The notes below the pieces were generated by a model that was not told the DNA's origin, searched no databases, and was given only the letters and a program-made list of their open reading frames with translations. Shown piece after piece: positions 1-13,500 of a stretch of 64,000 bases of DNA (the first letter of the stretch is position 1; each line of letters opens with the position of its first letter). Source of the stretch: Tubiluchus corallicola. Its lineage: Eukaryota > Animalia > Priapulida. The stretch spans positions 281,921 through 345,920 of the forward strand of contig JAQGDQ010002373.1 in NCBI GenBank assembly GCA_030141605.1. The letters run 5' to 3'. The translations under genes and the position numbers were made by a program.

Positions 1-227
1 TCTAACCTTAGAGTAGTGCATACAAGAACAGCATACGAGCTATAAACTAACTTGAGTTGTTTATTACCATCTTGAAATGTTGAATATTTAGTGTTTAAGT
101 TGCATAGACACTCTATTTACAGCGCACGTCACTTAGCTGAAATCTATGCATGTATGTAGCACAAACTGCAAAGTGTTCTTAACCAAAACTGTGCTAAAAA
201 CAGCTCAACTCTCTCTGTCTGCACAGT

Positions 228-371
228 TCAACGCTTAGCCCGCATATCTCTCATCTTAGCGGCTCGGACTCTCAAATGCATCTCCCTTGCAAACAGGGAT
301 CTGATTCTCTCCTCACTTGCATATGCTGGAATTTGTTGAAGTCCACTAAGCAGTGGCTTATTTAATGGCAT
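228..371 (-). CDS. Candidate 47-aa microprotein or uORF (MPLNKPLLSGLQQIPAYASEERIRSLFAREMHLRVRAAKMRDMRAKR)
   Basis: ATG at 371, TGA at 228-230, in-frame stop upstream. A 62-nt GT-AG intron candidate lies upstream on the minus strand (GTAAGT donor at 504, TTTCAG acceptor at 443). The region is more GC-balanced than its flanks. No family recognised. Confidence 0.4.
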   Translation of the reverse strand: MPLNKPLLSGLQQIPAYASEERIRSLFAREMHLRVRAAKMRDMRAKR

Positions 372-3300
372 GATTTCCACATTGCCGTCCTACTCGAACT
401 GCCGTAAACCGTTAATCGCAAATAATAAACTTTATATTTCCACTGAAACACTTGCGATATTTTCTCAACAATATCTCTAAATATTATTGGCCTGGTCGAC
501 TTACGTGCGCAAATGTGAGTGCGCAGAGCGAATATGAAAAAAAGCTATCTTGAATGCGTTTGTGTTGTGTAGCAATTTTGTTCCTATTGCAAATGCTAAG
601 AAAAGCCTTAAATAGAAGAATAATTATTAGAAAAATTGCAATGACGTTTTTCAGTTTAAAAAAAATACTCTTAGGAAATTCTGTCGTGTTTGAAAACGAG
701 ACAAGGTAACGATATGTTGGCTGTCACAAATTTGAAAGGTTGGAATGTGTTGTTGACGTTTGTCACTTTTATATTTTTGATAAATATTTTCGTTTCTGAA
801 ACTCCAATTAACTTTAAAAAATGCGAATGAGTGTGATTGACAAACTGCAGTGTTTTATTATTAGTGCTAAGCAATTTATGCGATAGAGCTTAAAACCGCA
901 TAGAAAACACTCCAGCTTTTTTCTCGTCTGTTGTCTATTAAGTTTTATACTACTATACTGGCCTTATTTAACTAATTTTTAAGTTTATTTAACGTTTATA
1001 CGTAGAGTGATTTTCCGCACGGTGTCCCGCAAAGGAAATTCGCATGGTTTTCCAGGGCCAGAATTTCGTTATATTTTGCCAGTATCTAAGCGATTCTCGA
1101 AATGACTTTTGTGAGAATACAGAGAATCAGGATCTAAGTTACATAATTCAAGTACGATCAGTTATAATTATTGAAACAACTTACTTAAACTAGTCGATTG
1201 AATTTCAATTAAAGTGATTTATTATTATAAGAATTAATCACTACCAGTACTAACATCTTTTTTTCAGAATGAGACCTAACATAAAATTTACTGATTCAGT
1301 CTCCAAACCATTTAGAATTTTGTTGATTCTCCTCTTTGTCAGTGAATACAATCATCATTTCCCTTATCAAGAAGTGTATAACAAGCATTTGAAAGAAAAA
1401 TTTATCTAAATTTATGCGAAACTCGGAAAATTTTACTCGTATGGTTTTACTGATATGGTCATATCACGCGCACACTTTTGATATGATAGGTCATGCATCA
1501 ATCTACTCTAGCAAAATCTAAGAAAGAATTAAAGAAGAAGATCGTAGACAAATACAAATAAACTTTTAAATGGTCCAGCATTTTCCCCCCATACTATAAT
1601 TTGTAGTGTAGTTAGTGTTTTAACTATATTATTTTTGTTGCAGTTTATTTATTACAATATTGCTGATTAATTAATTATTTGTTTTAGTTTGTGACTGCAT
1701 ATATGTGACAAAATGCAAATAAAGATAATACATATTGCTGGAATTTAACATAATTATGTTGTTGCCAGTCATATTTTCTCCTTTCCTTGTGTCCTAATTT
1801 TTCTTCTTTTTTCACTATCCTGTAACCATAATACCCTATGAAATACTTGATCCACGATACGTTTATCTCTGTTCCATCTTTCAAGATTCCTGTGAAACCT
1901 GGCTTGAATCTCCTATTATTGTATTATTGAATCCTTTTATTGATTTATTATTGTATTAATGTAATTTACTTTGAACATTTACATTAGTTTATACTGTAAC
2001 AGCGATTTTGTTATATGTTGTGTTATGTGTAATAAAAAAGTCTTGGAAACTTGCACATATCTTATATGTTGACTATTACAAAGAACTTGAAAGAAGATCC
2101 ACCTGCAGTAAATGCACCAGCCGCCTCGTACAAGAACCCTACGTAGGTAACAAATCCCATTTGGTACCTTCCTAAGTCTGCACCGATTTTCTAAAAAAAC
2201 GTCGCTCAAAGAACAATCTAAAGGAAAATTTCTTCTTAAAATAGAAAAATGATGCTTTTTAAAAGAGTTTTTTAATAGAAATTTTTTCTCTTTTAATTTC
2301 AGTTATTCGGGCTTCCACTCCAATAAAATTGGTTTTTGTTGTCATGCTGGAGACATTGCTTGGCCTTGTATTTAATAAAATATTGAAAATCACGTTTAAT
2401 GGGTACCACAACAATATTAATTTATGATTGGTGGAGCACGGTTTAACTAAAACTGGACGACAGCCAAAAATGGCAATACTGTTGTACCATGTCACGGCAA
2501 CGTATTTTTGATGGATGACAGGAAAAGGAGCCTTCAGTATTTTGTTTCTTGTTTGGTTGTTGCCAATTATTATTAATGTAACTAAACATATCATTTGAAG
2601 ACAAGTTCATGTCAATTTGTAATGTCAGGTTTAAATTAATTCATATTGCATAATTTAAATTCACTTATCTGTTGTTTTAACAAGAAGAACAGTTAAGTTC
2701 TTCGACTATGCAGCCTGATTTTCGCCATCTTAATTGTCATCTGGCCTGATGATGTCACTGACATTAAATATCCGTAGTGAGCTTAGCAAACGCGTTGCAA
2801 AATAAACGGCGGCTGTTGTATTTACAAACATACTATAATAGGTGTTCCTGCTTAATAAATAATGAGATGTCCAATATACAGAGATTCAAATACATCACTG
2901 ACTACTGTCAGTCCTATACAGTTTGCAAGTACTGTAAGTTCCTCAGTGGGTTTTGTGTTCTACAGTTTTTAGATGCCTGATTTAATACTAAACCTAGCAG
3001 AAGAAATGCTTTTCAGACAATGCTTCTTATATTTTTAGACACTTGGGAAAACACTCACATTTTTTTCTAATGTGCGTTCCCGTTTTCTATCTCACTACGA
3101 TCCCATTTTGTCTGTATGTCATGATCCTGGAGATCCCTGGAATGCATGTCATGTGGTTCAAGATGTACAAAGTGCTACATTCAGTTTCTGGTCCAATGTT
3201 ATTATTATTATTATTGCAATAATTATTATTATTACATCACTTTTATACCAGTTTGGAAGTTTTTTGCTATACAAAATTGCGACTAATTGGTGCTTATGTT

Positions 3301-4390
3301 GTCCAACCTTACCCTAATTGCAAGCAATAATAGGTCTGAAATTGATTGATGTCTTTAACCAGTATATACCCTTCAGCAATAGTATGTGGTCACTAATGGC
3401 CACTTTGCCAGATTGTTCTGTTCGTATCAAAAGGTACTGTGATTTACTGGGTTGATTTTCGGCCTCAAATCGTAATTGTGAGGTGTGGCCTTTTACAGCA
3501 GTTAAAAACAGATTCGAATAGCTATTATATGCTATGCACCATGATACCTTTGGAAATTTATTACAGTTGCCTACTTTGTTTGTTCAAACGAATAAGTTTA
3601 AATTGTGCAAAAATTAGATTTCATTCTACTCAATAGATGTTTTGTTTCTTAGAATAAATGTTCAATTGCATGAGTAGCACATACTACCAAACATTGTTAT
3701 TGAGGTATGATGGTGTCAAAACTCTAGTGCCATATCTATTGCTCACGACATTTTAACACTTGCCGTAGAACATGTACAGTGCAGGTATAAAGATAAAATT
3801 TTCGCTTGTTCATAACTGCCATAATCTTTGTAAATCGAATCCACATTCTATGCCGCTTTCACAATCGGTGGCGCGCAGTCCAAAGTTAAGGCGGCAAAAT
3901 GCACTCTGTTTTACGGTAAGAAATTTGGAAGTTGGGATAGCTGAGCACTTACAACATAATGAAGCTATAAATTTTAATGAAAATGTACCTTACACTCTGA
4001 ACACTTTCACTTTAAGAACGTTAATTTAAACCTCATTTTATAAAGTGGTCCTAGTACCCTTTAAGGCCGACCATTTGGTTGACCAGGTGACCAAAACCAC
4101 TTGTATCGTCCATTTGACTTAGCTCAGGTGGACCATAAAGGGTAAGAGAAGGTTGATTGATTGTTTTCGGTTAGATTGCAGCAAAACCGATAGATTATGA
4201 CTTCGCTATTAGGAATATTAGGTTTAAGCTCTTACTATTCTTATTCAGGTTATTCAGTTTAGCTTCTCTGGCAGTGCATTGTGGCGCTCTACTGAATGGC
4301 AACAGATTACATCATTGTTTTGATAACAGTGGCATTTACCAAGTTGTATTTGTTATGAAATTTATTGTGTTGCGTTTTTGCAGGTTGACG

Positions 4391-4402
4391 ATGGCTGCTT
4401 GA
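4391..4402 (+). promoter_or_regulatory. Short uORF (Met-Ala-Ala-stop) immediately before the FBXW7-HhH start codon
   Basis: GACG-ATG-GCT-GCT-TGA-T-ATG; A at -3 and G at +4. Confidence 0.5.
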
Positions 4403-4403
4403 T

Positions 4404-4529
4404 ATGGAAAGAGGAAGACGTGGAAACAGGAAGTGGAAACTTGATATAAATACAGCTGATCTTACACAGTTACAAAGTCTGACTGGGGTCGGACCCAGAA
4501 AGGCAAAGCAAATAATCAAATCTAGAAAG
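4404..4529 (+). CDS. FBXW7: HhH exon A ([42 protein letters not shown])
   Basis: Acceptor TTTTTGCAG at 4383, ATG at 4404, donor AAG|GTAATT at 4530, phase 0. DINTA...L..L.GVG...A..II..R is the ComEA/HHH_3 signature. Confidence 0.85.
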
Positions 4530-7500
4530 GTAATTAGTAGTAGATGACTGTTATTTAAATACTTACACTTCTATTTCTCTTCAGAAACAAATGAAAAGCA
4601 ACTAAAAGGATCTAAGACTGACAACAAAAATACATCTTTTTCTATCTAATCGCCCAGGTAATATTTTGTTTATTGCACACCTGACCAGAATTTTATTACA
4701 AAAATTTTGTACATTCATATACTTACCGGATGTAGTCATATAAAAGCGTATTTTTTAATTTAAAACAAAATGCAATGATTATTAAGACATCACTCTTTCG
4801 GAGTGTACGCAGCCATGTTTTCGACGACAAACTCTGGTCAACGTTGCTGTTTTGTATGATGCTTATTATCATATTGGAGGCTAAAAATACCGTATTTTCT
4901 GTCAAATTAGTGTATTAATGACCGAGTAGTGTTGCCGCTTATTCCATAATTATCAATATACGTTCATGCTTACAAAAAACAGACTATACGATAATTTAGT
5001 AATGTGAAACAAAAAACTAAAAAACAAAGTGTGAAATAATGTGCATTGAAAATAATTTAAAACTTTACTTCTAACTGGTGGGAAATAAACAAACTTTGAT
5101 TTCAACGGATTTTAAATGTTTCATGATCCAGCTTTAAATATTCACAAAGCTTAAGAATATTTTTAAGTCTCCTACTGATGTCTTTTGACCTCATAAAGCT
5201 AAGACAGGAATAAACTTTTGTGTGGCCTACCTAAGATTTGTCTACTGCAACTATAACTGTCTACGTTTCGACAAAATTAATACCCAGAAGTTCTGGAACT
5301 ATTCGTGTATTCTTGCACTTTTTTTTGTAGCTGAATAGAAAAAAGATTAAATTACCATTAAGTTACATTCATATTTAAAACTCGTACACCATTTGGCTGA
5401 TACATTAAAAACTATTGTATATACGATATCAAGTAAGGTTTGAGCTCCTTGACAAACATCAAAAACTGTTTCATCACGCTTTTGCTAATTTTGTAAACGC
5501 AATGAAAATGAAGTCTGCATTTGATTTTTATAATGCTTAATAACATTTATTGTACAATTTTTTTATTTTGATTAAGGAATGTTTTAATTTGACCTAAATC
5601 ATAAGTATATTTTTTTATATCAGATTATTATTATTTACTAATTCCTTCATTTTCATTTTTATTTATATTTACTAATGTAAATATAGTATGATATGTATGA
5701 AACGTTAGAAACAAGACTGTTTTTAGTGAGGAACTAGGAAGTTAGTATTTTCACTCGCCAGGACACTGAGCTAGTCATTAATTTTGTGCCTGATCATTTC
5801 AAGTTATTTTAATTGTTACACGGTCAATTTGAGTGTTGTTCTTGTTTGACTAATTTACTCTTTGTTAAGTTTTTATCTTTTATTTTTGTAATTTTTAGTC
5901 AGTAAATCTAATCTAATCTAATTTATGGATGGTTTTTATGATGGTGGTACTTAAACATAACAATGAATGTGATTTATCTATCTGCATTAGTATTTAAAAT
6001 TTAGTGATGTTGCAGCAAGATGGTTGTTCAATTCATGTTGTCTTACTTATAAATACATGTCTTTGAACTTTGGCTTGATCCAAACATAGTCCCTTCATAT
6101 ATCTAAGCTTTGCTAAATATTTTTATAACAGTGTCTATTCCTAATTGATTTCATCATAAGTATCCCATAGTTTGATTTTTATGGGTTAGGTACAGCTAGT
6201 AGGTTTCTAATGTCTAAGGTTCGATGTCATATGCGTTTGGCTTGTTCAGTTTTTTGCTTCAAGATGTTTGAAGACTTCATGACAGGGCCAAAAATTTCCT
6301 GAAATGAAGTGCTCCAAATGCTGCCCCTCGAGATGTCCTGTAGCTCACATAATTAATGCATAAGGCTGATCTGTGTGATAATGTTCATTGTCTGCTGAAC
6401 TTGAGGGATAGTCTGCACTTATTTATTTATGATTTAGACATCATGGGACATCTACAATGTTTTCTTATATTTTGTACATGTGCATGTTTTACATATTTTA
6501 AAATTTGAGTGTGTGTTTCAAAATTATTTGTCTTGCACAACAGCTGTTCTAAAATCGATTGATTTTTAATTTTAAACGTATATTTTAAATAGTTTGTTAT
6601 TCCGCTCAAAATCAGTGTTTTCATTCATACAGCAGAAAACTTTCCCAGGCAGATACATTGGTGAAGAGGGTGTGCAGCGGTACTAACTGTTCATTCATGC
6701 CAAATAACCACTCATTAATTAGGCATTTTTATAGTAATTTAACATTGGTATTTTTTAGCATTTTTGACCTCATATTGCTACTGAGATATTAACCTGAGAT
6801 ATTAGTCATGGTTCTTAAATTTTGTTTGTTTATCATGTGTTTGGTGTCAGTGCTAAGAAAACCAAATTTTCCAGAATTTTTATGAGGCCAGTGAACGTAT
6901 GAAACCAGGAGCCTTAGTGGTCTTGCTTTCGCACATGGTTACAGATTTCTAATACTGTGAGAAAAAGTTGTTTTTTCTGATATAATGGGTATAATTTCTA
7001 ATTTGCAGCCTTCTTTTGTATTCTGCTCACCTTATTTTTATATTATCTGTAAATGATGTCTTTGCATTGGCTAACTGCTCTAATCATTTGTAAATATGAT
7101 CTTATTACTCTGCAATTGATACTGAACATATAATGACATATAAGCTTTGGCTCACAAGAGGAGACAAATTTAACATGTGGCTTTTTAGCAACTTATTAAC
7201 AGTTTACATCGTATCCTTGTAGCTATTTATTAAATGACGAAACAGTGTTAAATAATCTATAGAAAATGGTTGCTTTTGCCTTTTTTACACGCCCTTTGAA
7301 CGAAGTGTAATGGACCAGTGACTTCTAATATACCTATCAGCTACAGTTGTATGATTTTGCAGTTATTTTAAAAACTTTGGTGCAGATAAAAGCTGAATGG
7401 TGCCAGTAAGCATTTTTACAGTTTCGATGTGTGCACGAACAGTTGCTGTAGGTCAAAGGTTAAGTGTACTACAACCGTCAAATGGCGTGTATAAAGCAAA

Positions 7501-10500
7501 ACCGTCTGCTGTATCAGTTCAGTAGCTTCAGTTGTTTTATGTGGACTCACATTGTAACCTATACCATTCAATTCGCCTCATCAAGACCTTGATATGCTAC
7601 ATGGTACTATTCGTAAACACTCAATGCATTTCTGTTCCCGACCCCAATTTTTCCGTTTTTGCCCCCTAGCGGGGTCGCGGATTAGCTATTCTCGTTGCAA
7701 CATATGCCATTCGATCTGCCTCATTGAGACCTTTCATTTCATATGCTACAAGGTACCTTTGCTCAACACTCAGTGCACGTCAGTTCCCGACCCCCATTTT
7801 TTGGTTTTTGCCTCCTAGCGGAAAATTGTCCCCCTCCAAATCACCCATATTTTGCCATATCCAACAACTTGGCCCCACCTAACCACCAAATATTGTCGCC
7901 CTAGCCCACAAACTGTGGGAGCAGATGGATCTTAAAGAAAAATAAATGAAGACCCGACTGCTCCATGACCTTTGACTCGGCAACTTGAGTCACGTGTATA
8001 CATATATAACTTTGGCCAGAGAGTCCCTAGCACCCTGTGAGTTTTATGTCCCTAGCACTCAGCGTGTAAAAGGTCACAAATTAGGCGGTCCCCAAATTTT
8101 GCATTTTGGCCCCTCACTCGGGCGTTTAAAGCTTGTCGGCTTTTTAAAACCCCAGGTGCACACCTGCCCCACAGTACCCAAATACTTGTGAAAAAAATTT
8201 GGAAAATGACGAAAGTCGTAGGAGGAGTTGAATCATAAAGGAAAAACCGACCAACGGCCACTGTCCTTCCCCCCTTGACCACTGGTCAGCGATTGCTATA
8301 CATTTGTACGTCCCCTGCCCAGGGCTACCAACTCTGCGTGTTTGGCGACCCTAGCTTGCAAGGCTTACGAGTTATTAAGCGTTAAAATGGCGGAGAATAA
8401 ATAATATCAAATTTGCACTCAATGAAAAACAGTAAGATTTTGCTATGGCGAAATCTTAATAAATTACAAAACGTAATTCCTAAGTGAACTCAATAGTCAA
8501 CCTTTTCAATTAAATTAATTGTAGTTGCATAGGCATCAAAATTTATAAAATTAACATCATTATATAATATGTACATCTGCATTTGCATATCCAGTACCTC
8601 CCAACTATGATTTCGTCATTTTATGTATATTAATAGCTTTGGCACACTGCGAGTTGATATCAAGCATTGATTGGCAAGGCCTCTTCATTGCAATGTTTGT
8701 GGCATGAATGTACACGGGCTCTTTATTAGGGATATCTGATATAAGATAAATGGCTAAATTAGTAGAGTTAAACAGCCAGAATCAATTTAAATAAAAATAG
8801 CTCAGGGTGAGTATTGAACCCAGGCAATCAAGAGCCATTCACGTGAAGCATGTACGTGAAAACCCTCAGCGTGAACTCCACTATATTTTTAAAATTCCAC
8901 ATTTGATTTGTAAAGTGGCACTTTTTACACAAATATGAATGAAGCTTCAAATGATGGTCATCTAATGAACGGTATGTTGTCGCAAAAATACAGGAAATTT
9001 ATTAGATTTTAATCAGACATATTTGCTTACATGACATCATAAATCTGACTTGCAAGTGAAATTGCTTATATACCTAGGAAAATAAAAACGGAGTTCATGA
9101 TTAATTAATGATACAGTTCACGGTTGATGGTGTGCTTTAATTCTATTGACACTTTGTTATTGACGAGCCGCTTTGTGTGATCACACCCGTTCGTGCTACC
9201 ACTATTGACCCACATCTGACTGTCTTGTGTGCTGGTGTGTGTCCGGGAAACGTTGTGTGCCTTCACTGCCTTGCACTACAACCCCAGGTACGGGGTGCTA
9301 CCAGTTACGCACCACAGAACACCTAGTATTACTATCAGAAGACATTCTTATAGTACTTTCTATGATGTGTGGCTGTACTGTGCTTGATATTCTGAAGTTT
9401 TATTAGTTTTTTATAAGTTTGTTGTTGCCTAGTGTACCCTGAGTACTTTCTATTAGTTCATTTTTATCCCTAGTAGCTCTGACCTATAAGAAAACTGTTT
9501 AAAATCCAGCCCTGAAAGTACAGTAACAATGTCTATGGTGTTAGCTCTAGTGTTGCGCAAAGCTAGATTTCTTATAAATATACATATGTTAGATTCCCTG
9601 AAATGTGATACTCACTCATCAAAATGGCTGTGATTATTTGGAGTTTTTGATTTCTAGAGGCAGAAATGTGTGACGCTAGTCATGCTGCAGGTTCGTACTG
9701 GAGTGATTAAATGCTCATTTTAGTGTATTTTTTGATTAAGGGAACACCTGTCCATTCGTTCGGCAGTGACCATTTATTATGGCAGAGGAGATAAAGCCAG
9801 GAGATTTAATACATGGTTTAGTCTAAAGAACTTGATTCAGTGCATAAGCTGTTACAGTTGTTCAGTACATAAGCTGCGTAACATAGAATAGATTAGTTTA
9901 ATGTCTCTTTTGAGATCATTTATTTGTGTGAACGTACCTTTATTCTTGAAATGGCAAATTGTTTGTTGAATACATTTTACTTATTCTTTGCAGATTTCTT
10001 CTTTTACTTTTCCCTTTTGCCATTTACTTTTTATTTAACTTATTAATCTACTTTTGATCATTATTTCATTCATTTGTGTGTTCTTCCTGTATACATTCTT
10101 CATACAGGCATTTATTCACTGATTCATTCGTTTTTATTGATTTCCTTACTCATCTAATCATTCCTTCGTGTTCATTTAGTTGTTTATTTATTATGTGCTG
10201 TTACGGTTAATTTTGTAAGGAAACTGTTCTAAGTAACTTCCTCTTTTGTAAGTTCACATGCTGTCATTACTCAGCACTGAAGAGGTCATATAGTTCCTTC
10301 TTCCTTGTGGGAAAGGAGATTTGAAACGGATTACAATCTATTATTTTTAAATAATTTATGCTGTGAGATACATTTCACTGCAGTATATCTCGCTTTGCTT
10401 AGTTCTGTTAAAAAGTGAACTGAATAGTTGAGTGGTCATGGTATGTGGTTAGTAACCAAAGTTGAACAGTGCTAGGTTTGGTTAGCAAATGAATGGGTAA

Positions 10501-13500
10501 CTGTCAAGAAAATAAATTCTGGGAATTTTCATGTGCCATACTGCTTCTGATTATTTATTTCATTGTTGCTTGCCTATATATATATATATATAAAGGTTCT
10601 CCTCCCACCACAGTTATTAACATAAAAACTGGCCCCTGCATTGAGCGCTGGATGGTGGCTTCTAGGTACACACACAACAACAGTGCGATACAAACTACAT
10701 GTATAATTATGTAATATGTGTTACAGAGTGGCCAGTTTTCATGGCTTTCAACTAATGTTTAATAATTGCATTATTTTGTATAGATACGAGGTGGTTTCGT
10801 CAGCGTGAAGGATCTTTCAGATATTCCAGGCATCGGAGAGAACATTGTCAATCTCAACCGGCACCGTCTCATCTGCTCAAAGCTTGCACAGATTGCAGCA
10901 GCACGCCGGGCAAAGGCATGCCGGCGGTGAGTAGTTCTTAACCCAACCATTCTTAAGAAAAAGCCTTTTCTGTTTAATGGGATAGAATCTGTCTCAGCTC
11001 GACTGCAGGTTGAGAGAGCTTTTTGAGGAATCTACTAACTAAGAGGAGATCTCAGATAGCCTACACTTCTTAAGTGTTTCATTGAGAGTACCCTTGAAAT
11101 TGGCTAAAATGGCATCATATAATGCTATGTTGGTGCTCTCAAGAGCATGTTGGACACTCGCTGTCTCAACCATTGTGCTACAAAAGGTTAATAACTGTGA
11201 CTGACAAACTGATCAAAAACTGAGCTAGGTATTATCTCGAAAATTTCTTCTCACTTTTTCCTGGTCCTGTCAGTTTCTGGCCCTTTTTATGTTTTTTGAA
11301 GTGCGGACAATTGTTTTATCATGTGTGTGCGCATGCATGTATGAGCATGTGTGTGTGTGTGTGTGTGTGTATGCATGCGTGCGTGTGTGCGTGCATGTGC
11401 TTTGTGAAACAAACAGATTTTTTGTCAGCGGTTTAATTGGCAACATTCTAAAAAACTTTCTAAGGTTGGTTTGTTACTGTTATAAAATTGGTTTGTTTGG
11501 TGATAATGATTTGATGTAGAATGTCTAGTAGCTAAGCTTTCATCTTTCCAGTGAGACTCGTAGTTCTGCTAGAACTAAACAGTGGTTGGCCCTAGAACGC
11601 ACAGGTAAAGAGATGGACCATGGTAGTCCTGGAAAAGAGAAACCGTCTACTAGTCATCCAAATCAACACTTAAAAGAGGTGGCTGACGAAGAAGATGATG
11701 TTCCGCCTGAATGCACTGACACACCGTCACCATCTGCATGTGTGAGTAAAATGATCATCATCAATGGTGACTGTTAAGGATTAGCTGATGATAACGATGA
11801 TGATAGTGATGATAATATAATGAGATGGTGACAAAATTTATTTAGTTTTAAAATCATTTTCTTATTAAAGAAATGAAGGAGTGAAGCGTCACTCGGGCAG
11901 CTAACAGCTAGCTAACATCTTCACTGATGGAGCACCATGGAGACTGAAGTTAAACCGCAAAACTCGTAAAGCATGCTAAATGCTGATTTCTACTTGCCTT
12001 AATGCAGAATTGGTTTTATAGGCACACATTAGGCTTAGAACCTTATTTATCTTTTCGTTACCATATTGTTGCTTGAACGGCTTACAAGATATTTATCGTG
12101 ATCATAACTTTACGCACTTACTGAGATTTAGCAGTTGCATGTGATGTGAAGAAAAAGTATTATCCACCATGGTTATTATTACTAACCACCGAAAGCTTCT
12201 CCATCTTTCATTATGAGTGCTGTCACAAACATGAAGCAGTTATGTCAAGTTATACTTCATTTGAAGCACTCTCAATCAGTCATTGCTTTAGAATAGCCAT
12301 GCAGAATATGCCAAGAGAATGCTCCGGTTTGCTTATGATATAATTAATGCTGCATTGATTTATTAATTTGTTAATCAGTTCACTTTTAAAGATGTTCTTG
12401 GTTTAATGAACTTAATACTGATCCTGTATGTAATAGCTCAGTGTTCCAAGATTTGCATTTCATGCCTATTCGTGCACACATAGGCACATGCCATAATTGG
12501 GTTCCTTGAATTTTTAAGTATTAGTTTGTGGGAGCTAATTTCAAACTTTAGTTAAACAATCTTTTAAAATAGTAACATCTACAATAGTCTTCTGGAGATC
12601 TAATCCGATGCTTTTAATACTATCAGTCCAGTACCACAGCCGTCTGACGGTGCTGCTGGTTAGTTTTTGCTGCCCAGCAAAAAATTGTAATGTATCCTGC
12701 TTATCAACTTTTGTTGTGGGCATTCAGCTAAAATTGTTAGCATGCCATGATTGTCCAATTTTTTTATCATTTCTTTGAGGACGTGGTTTGCACTCTTGTG
12801 ATAAAGATTTTGTGCCATCGTTCACACGAGTGCTTCAGCAGAAACCCATGTGTTAGAAAAATGTTGTTAGGAATTTTATTATGTTTTTCAGACAAGTCTT
12901 ATTGGCCATTAGGTCAGTAAGAATTGTAACTGTACCGTCCGCATCTTGAGCTCTGCTTAGAAAAATATCAATTAAGCCTCTAAATGTATTAAACCATAAA
13001 CATATGATAGTTATATTTTGCTTGTGACATTGTCTCCACAGGCATTTTTACATTATATAGCTGGTCCTTTGTGTGATTGTAATATACAATTGTCGTTTTT
13101 TACAGACAACGCCACTTTTGGAAACCACCAGTGCAGTGACTTTATTACACCTTAAGAACACAATGGCTACTACTTGCGCCTCAGACAACGGAGACAGTGA
13201 TACTGATGATGATGATGGCGATGATAATGATAATAGTATTGGCGAGAGAGAGCAGAGTGACATAAGCGACATAGAAGCTGATGAAATAGCGGCAGCTAAA
13301 CAGAACACTATAGTCGATGAACATACAGAAAAAATCAGGCAGCGCAAATTGGTAAGTGATTTTGTTGTTTGCTTTCTGCACCAAGATAATCAGGCAGCGC
13401 AAATTGGTAAGAGATTTTGTTGTTTGCTTTCTGCACTGAAATAAGCGTATAAAAATATGGAAAATTGATCTAATACATGTAGATGATTACATCTTGTTGT

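Noticed and set aside
1684-1884. Minus-strand 66-aa ORF
   Set aside because: No ATG start or exon chain. It is possibly a decayed LINE fragment, but too weak to call.
2715-2770. CTGATGA followed by a short stem, resembling a hammerhead ribozyme
   Set aside because: The required GAAA core is absent (TAAA instead) and I could not pair the flanking stems.
4404-10926. Bacterial comEA contamination or recent horizontal transfer as the source of the HhH sequence
   Set aside because: The domain is interrupted by a canonical spliceosomal intron and embedded in host-like sequence.
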